Of a stretch of 32,450 nt of DNA, positions 1 through 6,936 are shown piece after piece. This DNA is from Candidatus Saccharimonadales bacterium (lineage in GTDB: Bacteria > Patescibacteriota > Saccharimonadia > Saccharimonadales > UBA4665), in NCBI GenBank assembly GCA_039809165.1, contig JBDHUK010000001.1, positions 1 through 32,450 of the forward strand, given 5' to 3'. Each line of letters opens with the position of its first letter. The first letter of the stretch is position 1. Below the pieces are notes generated by a model. It saw only the letters and a list, made by a program, of their open reading frames with translations. It had not been told where the DNA came from and did no database searches. A program made the translations under genes and the position numbers.

Positions 1-366
1 GATGAAGCGTATCATCGGGTGGAGGTAATTATCGATGGCTCGTATAATTTTCTAAAAGATATGAGCTTGCCCGACGAGTGGTCCGGGACGGTCCGAATAC
101 GCACAATGGTTCGAGCTGACGGAATGGTGCCATCGGTCAGCGCGGCGAGCATAATCGCTAAGGTTGGCCGCGACAGGTTTATGATCGAGAAGGCTCACGC
201 GGCTTATCCAATGCATGGGTTTGACAGGCATGTCGGCTATGGAACTGCTGCCCACATTGCCGCTTTGCACGCCCATGGCGTGACAAAAATACACCGGCTA
301 TCATATACACCGGTGCAAAATATCTTGACGGAACATGGGGGGCGTTTGCTACAATCTGCCCCATGA
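1..366 (+). CDS. rnhB: Ribonuclease HII, C-terminal part (5' end outside window)
   Basis: Frame 1 is open from base 1; the track starts it at an internal GTG at 19. The translation [53 protein letters not shown] matches the conserved C-terminal half of RNase HII. Confidence 0.85.
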   Translation, partial: DEAYHRVEVIIDGSYNFLKDMSLPDEWSGTVRIRTMVRADGMVPSVSAASIIAKVGRDRFMIEKAHAAYPMHGFDRHVGYGTAAHIAALHAHGVTKIHRLSYTPVQNILTEHGGRLLQSAP

Positions 367-710
367 CAACGGTGAGTATTGGGGCGCGAGCAGAAGAAGC
401 GGCTGCCGTCTATGTGTGTCAGAGAGGTTACCGCATCATAGAGCGCAATTATCGGCGGCGTCACTGCGAGATAGACATTGTGGCTGCTCGAAACGGCGTG
501 GCGTATTTTATTGAGGTTAAGTATCGGCGCGATGATCATTTTGGTGATGGGCTGGCATACATAGCACATGACAAACTGCGCCGAATGATTCGCGCCTCCG
601 AAACATGGGTGCGTGAAAACCGGTGGTACGGCGAATATGCGCTGGCGGCGATTGAAGTTGGTGGTCCGAAGTTTGTCGTACTAACGTTTATTGAAGAATT
701 GCTCAACTGA
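363..710 (+). CDS. yraN: YraN/UPF0102 family endonuclease
   Basis: 115-aa [53 protein letters not shown] fits the YraN signature (GE..A..Y....GY.I...N.R....EIDIV......FIEVK.R). The ATG overlaps the rnhB stop (ATGA at 363-366). Confidence 0.8.
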   Translation: MTTVSIGARAEEAAAVYVCQRGYRIIERNYRRRHCEIDIVAARNGVAYFIEVKYRRDDHFGDGLAYIAHDKLRRMIRASETWVRENRWYGEYALAAIEVGGPKFVVLTFIEELLN

Positions 711-3251
711 GCCGGAGTCGCATGCGAGCCAATTGACGCGGTTCTGTATTTCTTCGATACCGATTTCAATGTTGCGTTTTAGTACGACCTGATCGAGTTT
801 TGGCTCGAAAAAATTGCGGTAGGCTTCGAGTTGTGCGGCCGTATTACAGCTGCCGGCGGCATAGCGCGGCATGTAATCATATGATTTATCGTTGCTGTAG
901 GTCTTTTCGATCCAGTCCCATTCATCCACCATGAAGTCCCACGCCATTTGACGGACGTAGCGGTTGCGCATGAGGTATACCAGCCAGCGGTCGGCGTCCT
1001 GGGGTTTGACCAGCTTGGGATTTTTGATTCGTGACAGGAGCTCGGCGGCCTGGTCCGTGGTCCGCGTAACGGTGAGGGCGGCAGCGATGTCAGCCTTGAG
1101 ATCACTATTGGCGGTATCATCGTGTAGCTTGATTAGGTAGTCAAAGGCGATGGTGTCACCCTGCTTGATGGGAACACTAAAGACCACCGACCGGATTTCA
1201 TTGGGCAGGCTGGCCGGATTGTTTTGGTAGGCCACGAAGCGTTTGCCGGCTTCTGTGAGGATGTCCGGATGTTCGGCATAGGCTCCAAGCGATAGAATAT
1301 TGGCGCGCAGCTTGGTGTCGGCAGTCGGTTCGCCTGCTTGTTCTTCCCATCCCAGGCGACGGTATTGCGAGTCGATAAGTTGGCGGATGAAAGCTTTGAT
1401 TTTTGGTTCCAGCGTTTCGTTGCCGTCTACAAATCGCCGGGTTTCTCCCAGTATGAGGCCGATCATATCCCACACCGGTTCGCCGGCTTCATCTTCGTAG
1501 GCGCTGAGGAGCGTAAGCACGTCGCCGTAGGGTTGGTAGCCGGCACGCGCCAGCATTGAGGCATCGTTGAGTAACAATAGTCGCTCGCTGTTCGTGAGTT
1601 TGGCGCTCCTGATAGCCTGTACGAGTTCGGCGCGCTGAGTTTCGGTACCATATTGGACGATGTAGTGCCCATGACCGCCGTTGTTGAGCCGGACAAGTTC
1701 ATCTGTGCCTGGCCGGGTAATTTTACGGGTGTCGAGGAGCTCGGGTAACTCTTTGTCGGTAGAAAATAGTGGGACTGGCCACAGTCGTTCAGGGTCAGCC
1801 TTGTCGGGGTTATCGGAAAAGTGGCTTTGACTGACGCCCACTGTCTCGTGGGCCTGATCGATGCGAATCACTGGAAATCCCGGACGTTCCAGCCAGGGGT
1901 TCATGAAGCCTGCGGCGTCAATGCCGGCGGCCTTGCCAAGCTCATCCCAGAGGTCGGAACCTTCGGTGTTTTTGTAGGCGAATCGTTTGAAATAGCTGCT
2001 GAGGCCCTTGCGAAAAGCCTCCTCGCCGATGTAGTTTTTGAGCATATTGAGTAGGCGGCCGCCCTTGGCGTAGACAATCGAGGGGTCGAAAAGCGTGCTG
2101 ATTTCGTCGGGGTGCCTGACCTCGACACGCACCGGCTGGACGCCAGGGGTGGCGTCGCGCCGAAGCGCTGATAGTGCTTCGGCCGCCACAAATGAGTCCC
2201 AAATATGCCAGTCCGGGAACATGGCGTCGATAGCCTGATATTCCATCATGTTGGCAAAGGATTCGTTGAGCCAGAGATCGTCCCACCACTTCATGGTAAC
2301 GAGATTGCCAAACCACTGGTGACTGGTTTCGTGGGCAATGACGAGCGAGATTTGTTCTTTGACTGACTGGGAGGCTTCGCCGGGGTAAGCAAGCAATACA
2401 CGCTCGCGGTAGGTTATAAGCCCCCAGTTTTCCATGGCTCCGGAACTGAAGTCAGGCAGCGCGATATGGTCAGCTTTGGCAAGAGGATATTTGAACCCAA
2501 AGTAATCTTCAAAGAAATCGATGCTGCGGATGGCAACGCCAAGCGCAAAATCCAGTGAATCAATCGGGTGCGCTTTGGTGGAAAAGATGCTGACCTCGGT
2601 GCCGTTTTTGGTTTCGCCGGACTTTGACTGGAGGTCGCCAACGGCCCAGGCTAACAGATAACTGCTCATACGCGGCGTAGTCTCGAAGGTAGTGACAAGC
2701 TTATCGTCTTTCTCCGTCTGCTCTTTGACAGGCATGTTGGCGAGGGCGGTGACGCCGGTTTCGGCGACAAGCGTGAGATCGTACGTGGCTTTGGCTTCCG
2801 GTTCGTCGATGCAGGGGAAGGCTTCACGGGCGTGGTGGCTCTCGAACTGGGTGGCGAGCAGGGCTTTATCCTGGCCGTCGTGGGTGAAGTAGCAGGGATA
2901 GATGCCGGTCATGCCGTCGGTAATAGGCGCTGCAAACTCCATAGTCACGGTATAAGCGCCGGGGTAGAGCATGTCATCAGTGTGAAGGCGGATTTCGTGA
3001 AAACTTTTTTGCTGATTTAATCGTTTCACGGGTATTTCACGGGTACCCTTCTTATCTGTTAGAACGATCGTGGCGCGTGAAATGTTCAGGTCTTTGGCGT
3101 GAAATGTTAACCGCTGGCTGGGGCGGCCGGTTTTGCGGCCTTTAATGACTACTCTGCCGCTGAAACGCATGTGTGTACGGTCCAGGTCGATAACGAGTTC
3201 ATACGACTCTGGCTGAAAAGATTTGTATAAACGGGTCACGGACGTGGGCAT
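681..3251 (-). CDS. pepN: M1-family aminopeptidase N
   Basis: Carries the GAMENWG motif and HETSH-X18-E (HETSHQWFGNLVTMKWWDDLWLNESFA). I placed the start at the internal ATG at 3251 (MPTSVTRLYKSF) because AAGGAG lies 5 nt upstream. The track ORF extends to 3335, but that extension has no RBS and would cover the predicted promoters. The 3' end overlaps the yraN 3' end by 30 bp (convergent). Confidence 0.9.
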   Translation of the reverse strand: MPTSVTRLYKSFQPESYELVIDLDRTHMRFSGRVVIKGRKTGRPSQRLTFHAKDLNISRATIVLTDKKGTREIPVKRLNQQKSFHEIRLHTDDMLYPGAYTVTMEFAAPITDGMTGIYPCYFTHDGQDKALLATQFESHHAREAFPCIDEPEAKATYDLTLVAETGVTALANMPVKEQTEKDDKLVTTFETTPRMSSYLLAWAVGDLQSKSGETKNGTEVSIFSTKAHPIDSLDFALGVAIRSIDFFEDYFGFKYPLAKADHIALPDFSSGAMENWGLITYRERVLLAYPGEASQSVKEQISLVIAHETSHQWFGNLVTMKWWDDLWLNESFANMMEYQAIDAMFPDWHIWDSFVAAEALSALRRDATPGVQPVRVEVRHPDEISTLFDPSIVYAKGGRLLNMLKNYIGEEAFRKGLSSYFKRFAYKNTEGSDLWDELGKAAGIDAAGFMNPWLERPGFPVIRIDQAHETVGVSQSHFSDNPDKADPERLWPVPLFSTDKELPELLDTRKITRPGTDELVRLNNGGHGHYIVQYGTETQRAELVQAIRSAKLTNSERLLLLNDASMLARAGYQPYGDVLTLLSAYEDEAGEPVWDMIGLILGETRRFVDGNETLEPKIKAFIRQLIDSQYRRLGWEEQAGEPTADTKLRANILSLGAYAEHPDILTEAGKRFVAYQNNPASLPNEIRSVVFSVPIKQGDTIAFDYLIKLHDDTANSDLKADIAAALTVTRTTDQAAELLSRIKNPKLVKPQDADRWLVYLMRNRYVRQMAWDFMVDEWDWIEKTYSNDKSYDYMPRYAAGSCNTAAQLEAYRNFFEPKLDQVVLKRNIEIGIEEIQNRVNWLACDSGSVEQFFNKR

Positions 3252-3294
3252 GAGGTCTCCTTGTGGTAGTAATTTCTGACTATCTCTACTTACT

Positions 3295-3303
3295 ATAGTA
3301 TCA
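3295..3303 (-). promoter_or_regulatory. Extended -10 promoter (TGaTACTAT) for pepN
   Basis: The minus strand reads TGATACTAT about 40 nt upstream of the AAGGAG-ATG of pepN. This is a motif match only. Confidence 0.4.
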
Positions 3304-3342
3304 TCGGCGCGAGGATACCAAGCCTTCAGTGTCATCCCTGAG

Positions 3343-3371
3343 TTGACTGATTTGAGTATTTATTGTAGTAT
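3343..3371 (+). promoter_or_regulatory. Sigma70-type promoter for the 4-TM paralog operon (TTGACT-17-TAGTAT)
   Basis: TTGACT at 3343-3348, a 17-nt spacer, and TAGTAT at 3366-3371. The ATG at 3378 follows after 6 nt with no Shine-Dalgarno, which is leaderless geometry. Confidence 0.45.
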
Positions 3372-3377
3372 AATCAT

Positions 3378-4049
3378 ATGTCGAACCAACCTGAACGACC
3401 CCCGGAACCCTATATGGCTCCCGAACAGTCGGCGGCGGAGCCGCAGGCTCAAATTACGCGTCGATTCCGGCGTTCATCGAGAGTACGGAGAGGTGCGGCT
3501 GCTCTGGGTCTGATGTTTGGGTTGGCTGCCGGTTACGGCACGGCCACGAATAACGGGAAGGTGGCTTACCCGGCCATGGTTGCAGGGGCCGCTGCCGCTG
3601 CCGCATCAGGTGTGGAGGCTCGTCGGACTCGTCGTGACTGTGAGCAGATCGTCTCTGGTTACGATAGGGCCCTGAATGGGGGCGAATCAGGCCAGGGATT
3701 GGCCCCGATTGTTCTTTCGGTCTCAAATGGTGAGTTAATTGAGAATTACAGGTTTGACTGGGGAGTTGCTCTGCCGCTTGCATCGTCCAAGAGAGGTGTC
3801 GATGTAATGCTTCCCGTCTCCCAAGCAGGCTTGCTGTTCGCATCAGGGACTTCGCTTGCAATGGCCGTATTGGGTAATGTAAGGCCTGGGTATGAGTCGA
3901 TGCCGTATGCGCTTGGGGCCGTCATGTTCGGCGCGAGCGTGGCAGCTGAAGGTATGGCGGTGTATGGGCAACGGCAGCTCAGTGATGCGTATAGACAACA
4001 AATCGCTCATATTGCTCTGGGTCCAACGTTCGAGATCGGGGACGCTTGA
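3378..4049 (+). CDS. Hypothetical 4-TM membrane protein, paralog A
   Basis: 223-aa ORF. It has a basic N-terminus (ITRRFRRSSRVRRG), two hydrophobic helices, the motif VEARRTRRDCEQIV, a soluble loop of about 65 aa, and two more hydrophobic helices. It is paralogous to the next two ORFs. I recognise no family. Confidence 0.6.
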   Translation: MSNQPERPPEPYMAPEQSAAEPQAQITRRFRRSSRVRRGAAALGLMFGLAAGYGTATNNGKVAYPAMVAGAAAAAASGVEARRTRRDCEQIVSGYDRALNGGESGQGLAPIVLSVSNGELIENYRFDWGVALPLASSKRGVDVMLPVSQAGLLFASGTSLAMAVLGNVRPGYESMPYALGAVMFGASVAAEGMAVYGQRQLSDAYRQQIAHIALGPTFEIGDA

Positions 4050-4052
4050 AAT

Positions 4053-4700
4053 TTGGCAAGACCGTTGATGTACGGTAGTCTACACCGAATGAGTTCTGAA
4101 CGTTATACACCCAGCCAAGCCAAGGCTGACGTAACGCGCCGAATGGAGCGTTCGGAAGTGGTACAAATGCTTTGCCTGGGCACTGGAGTGATGGCCGGTC
4201 TCGTAACTGGTATGGGATTAGCGCACGATGACCTGCGACCGGCAGCCACGTCCGTGCTCGTGTTCGCGGCTATTCCGGTGGCCGCCTCAGAGCGCAGGCA
4301 GGCAAGGCGTGACTGCGGTGAAATCGTACGAAAATTCGGCGCTGGCTGGTTGCCGAACGAGGACGCCTGCGTACGGCAGGGCACGCACGTTCGTAGCGCA
4401 AAACAGGCCGAGCCGGGTGGCGAGCTCGTACCGGATGAGGCGGCTCGCGAGCCGTCGTTCGGCGTTGATATAGTACGCTGGTCCGCCTCGGTAGTGGCAC
4501 CAGCGGCAGCATGTGTTACGACTGCCATGTATTCTTATAATGCTTTGACCTCGGGTAATGCGTCGAGTGAGCTTTTGCAGCTTGGCTCGCTGTGCGTGGC
4601 CTTAGTGTCTGCTGGTGGCACACAGGTTGATATATATCAGTCGCTCCGAACATACGGCCGCCAAATTGATAATATTAAGCAGTACGGTACCCGGTTCTAG
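4053..4700 (+). CDS. Hypothetical 4-TM membrane protein, paralog B
   Basis: 215-aa ORF starting at TTG, 3 nt after the paralog A stop; an alternative ATG lies at 4068. VTRRMERS, GVMAGLVTGMG and SERRQARRDCGEIV align with ITRRFRRS, GLMFGLAAGYG and VEARRTRRDCEQIV of paralog A at the same spacing. Confidence 0.6.
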   Translation: MARPLMYGSLHRMSSERYTPSQAKADVTRRMERSEVVQMLCLGTGVMAGLVTGMGLAHDDLRPAATSVLVFAAIPVAASERRQARRDCGEIVRKFGAGWLPNEDACVRQGTHVRSAKQAEPGGELVPDEAAREPSFGVDIVRWSASVVAPAAACVTTAMYSYNALTSGNASSELLQLGSLCVALVSAGGTQVDIYQSLRTYGRQIDNIKQYGTRF

Positions 4701-4734
4701 GTGAAGCTATGGTTAATTTGAGAGGTAAGACCCC

Positions 4735-5478
4735 ATGAATCCACAAGCCAAAGAACAAGTCCTTGCGACATATCCCCTGATGCTCCAGGCAGTGGGTCGT
4801 CATAACAGATCAATGTTGCTCGGTGCTATCAGTTGGATGGGGTTATGCGCATTGGGTGTGGGGGCTGGCTCGCACGGCATGTCGGATGCTGAGTTATTTA
4901 CGACCAATGTCGCGCCTGTCGTAGCACTTGGCGGTGCACGTGCCTTGGAGCGCCGTCGGACGCGGAATGATATTGCTCTGAGCATCGATCAGGCCGTGCT
5001 GCGACAGATTGAGTCCATGCCGTCAGAGGAGGAGTGGAGTGCGGAGTTATGGTGGCAACATGGTGGCCGAACGAGGATGCGGCTGGAGACGGCCGACCGC
5101 GTGACACGAGCCTCGAACGGTGTCGATAGTCTCGCGCTTACGTTATCCAGCGTTTCCGCCTATGTCGCGTCGGCGAGCGTGGCGTATGCGATCGAGAGTG
5201 GTGGTGCCGCTATGACTGTCGCTGCCGGGGCTACAGCCCTCGCTGCCGTCGGTCTTGCTGCCAGTGATACTAGGCGCTTTGCGAGGCGTAGGGTACGTGA
5301 CGCTGCCAAGGCCGGGTATGTTGACGCAGTCGCGGCAGGAGTTTTTGACGATCAATACGTTAAATCTGGAACGGAAGCGGATATCCTTGCGATGCGCCAC
5401 GCCGCACTAGTTGTAGAGGCTGATCTACGACGTATTGTAGGGGGCGAGACTGAAGCTCCTGCGGATAGTCGGGCTTGA
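4735..5478 (+). CDS. Hypothetical 4-TM membrane protein, paralog C
   Basis: 247-aa ORF with GAGG about 10 nt upstream. It has the same 2TM-loop-2TM layout and the motif LERRRTRNDIALSI. A second Arg-rich segment (SDTRRFARRRVRDAA) follows TM4. Confidence 0.6.
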   Translation: MNPQAKEQVLATYPLMLQAVGRHNRSMLLGAISWMGLCALGVGAGSHGMSDAELFTTNVAPVVALGGARALERRRTRNDIALSIDQAVLRQIESMPSEEEWSAELWWQHGGRTRMRLETADRVTRASNGVDSLALTLSSVSAYVASASVAYAIESGGAAMTVAAGATALAAVGLAASDTRRFARRRVRDAAKAGYVDAVAAGVFDDQYVKSGTEADILAMRHAALVVEADLRRIVGGETEAPADSRA

Positions 5479-5515
5479 CGACCCCGTTGATCCCTGATAA
5501 TATTATAATTGTTCG

Positions 5516-5540
5516 ATCCGGCCGGCAGGTCGGATTTTTT
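5516..5540 (+). terminator. Intrinsic terminator after the paralog operon
   Basis: ATCCGGCC (5516-5523) pairs with GGTCGGAT (5528-5535) as an 8-bp stem with one G-U pair, around the loop GGCA. It runs straight into a six-T run (5535-5540). Confidence 0.7.
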
Positions 5541-5601
5541 CATGAGAAACGCTAGAGTATATCTGGAATTTGAGAAACAAGCAGAAAAGGAGACATAACA
5601 A

Positions 5602-6762
5602 ATGGACATGGATTTTAAACAACTGGCAGCCGCTATCAAACTGATTGCCGAAGAAAAGAACCTGCCCGAAGACACCGTCAAGGAAGTCGTTGAACAGGCG
5701 TTGGCCGCCGCCTACCGCCGGGATTACGGCGACCGCGAGCAAGAAGTGCGCGTTACTATGAACCTCAATAGCGGTGAAGTAGATGCGTACGTCAGCAAGG
5801 AAGTGGTTGAGCGAGTCGGTGATCCGGATTACGAGATCAACGTGCCGGACGCTCAAGTCATCCAAAAGAACGCGAAAATCGGTGACATGGTCGAAATTCA
5901 CGAAAAGGTAACGGAGTTCGGCCGGGTGGCGGCTCAGACTGCCAAGCAGGTGATTCTGCAGCGCCTTCGCGAAGCGGAACGCGAGATCGTCATGAATGAG
6001 TACGAAGACAAGATCGGCACTGTTATCAACGCTGTCGTCAGTCGCGTCGAAGGTAATATTGTCCGGATTGACCTCGGTAAGGCACAGGGTATCATGCCGC
6101 GCAGCGAGCAGATCCAAGGTGAACGTTATTATCCGGGTCAGCGTCTCAAGGTCTTTTTGAAGGATGTGGAGCGCGGCTTCCGCGGTCCGCAGCTGGTCGT
6201 CAGTCGTGGTAACACGCAGTTTATCGAGTGGTTGTTCAAGGCGGAAGTTCCTGAAATGGAATCCGGTGCGGTAGAAATCAAAGGTATCAGCCGTGAAGCC
6301 GGCGTTCGCAGCAAAATCGCTGTTGCCAGTAACGTGCCTGGTGTTGACCCGGTCGGTACATTCGTCGGAGGTCACGGCACACGCGTCAACGCCGTGATGA
6401 GCGAAATCGGTGAACAGGAAAAGATCGACATCGTCGTTTGGAGTGAAAATACCGTAGAGTATATCATCAACGCGCTTAGTCCGACTCGCGTGAGCCGTGT
6501 CGAGCTTGATGAAGCCGCCAAGAAAGCCCGGGTTATTGTGCCCGAAGACCAGCTGAGTATTGCCATCGGCAAGGGTGGGCAGAATGTGCGCCTGGCAAGC
6601 AAGCTGAGTGGCTTCGATCTTGACATTGAGGCCGAGCAGCCTCGCGATGAGGTACTTGAGGGCACTATCGAGACTAAGGAGTTGCCCAAGGCGCCGCGTC
6701 TCAAGAAGAAATCCGACCTCGAATCCAGCCTGCTCGAAGCCATCGAAGAGCACGGCGAATAA
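5602..6762 (+). CDS. nusA: Transcription termination/antitermination factor NusA
   Basis: AAGGAG sits upstream of the ATG. The protein has an N-terminal domain, an S1 domain (GTVINAVVSRVEGNIVRIDLGKAQGIMPRSEQI) and two KH domains (GVDPVGTFVGGHGTRVNAV; IAIGKGGQNVRLASKLSGFDLDI). Confidence 0.95.
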   Translation: MDMDFKQLAAAIKLIAEEKNLPEDTVKEVVEQALAAAYRRDYGDREQEVRVTMNLNSGEVDAYVSKEVVERVGDPDYEINVPDAQVIQKNAKIGDMVEIHEKVTEFGRVAAQTAKQVILQRLREAEREIVMNEYEDKIGTVINAVVSRVEGNIVRIDLGKAQGIMPRSEQIQGERYYPGQRLKVFLKDVERGFRGPQLVVSRGNTQFIEWLFKAEVPEMESGAVEIKGISREAGVRSKIAVASNVPGVDPVGTFVGGHGTRVNAVMSEIGEQEKIDIVVWSENTVEYIINALSPTRVSRVELDEAAKKARVIVPEDQLSIAIGKGGQNVRLASKLSGFDLDIEAEQPRDEVLEGTIETKELPKAPRLKKKSDLESSLLEAIEEHGE

Positions 6763-6797
6763 TCAACCCCTCAAATATCCCTTGCCGTTGATGTGGA

Positions 6798-6824
6798 TTA
6801 GCACTCTTGACCTTGGAGTGCTAA
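6798..6824. promoter_or_regulatory. CIRCE operator (HrcA-type inverted repeat), perfect consensus
   Basis: TTAGCACTC (6798-6806), N9 (TTGACCTTG), then GAGTGCTAA (6816-6824). This is an exact match to the CIRCE consensus TTAGCACTC-N9-GAGTGCTAA. Confidence 0.85.
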
Positions 6825-6835
6825 TTCGTTATTAT
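6807..6835 (+). promoter_or_regulatory. clpC promoter overlapping CIRCE (TTGACC-17-TATTAT)
   Basis: The -35 TTGACC (6807-6812) lies inside the CIRCE spacer. After a 17-nt spacer comes TATTAT (6830-6835), leaving about a 95-nt leader to the clpC ATG. Confidence 0.6.
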
Positions 6836-6936
6836 AAGAGCATAGCTCGCGGAGAATTGCAGATTTAGTGGGAATACTCACCGCAATTTACCAGTCAGGG
6901 CCTTAGAATACATAGTATGAGCAAAGGTGGTACGAT

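Noticed and set aside
681-710. 30-bp convergent overlap of pepN and yraN 3' ends, and the ATGA overlap of rnhB/yraN
   Set aside because: These are real but ordinary consequences of genome compaction. No additional signal was detected in the overlaps.
3252-3335. 28-codon N-terminal extension of pepN given by the ORF track
   Set aside because: The internal ATG at 3251 has AAGGAG 5 nt upstream and begins where M1 aminopeptidase similarity begins. The extension lacks an RBS and would overlap the predicted pepN promoter.
3454-4528. Antisense ORFs of 135 and 141 aa (3454-3861, 4103-4528), plus alternate-frame ORFs inside the 4-TM paralog genes
   Set aside because: Long spurious ORFs are expected in a GC-rich stretch. 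Their products are Arg/Pro/Ser-rich low-complexity strings. The plus-strand frames show a repeated, mutually alignable TM architecture.
5503-6753. 416-aa ORF on the minus strand, the longest unannotated ORF in the track
   Set aside because: It is the exact antisense shadow of nusA, whose plus-strand product has unmistakable NusA S1/KH domains and a strong RBS. The antisense translation is low-complexity (L/F/D/T-rich) with no recognisable motifs.
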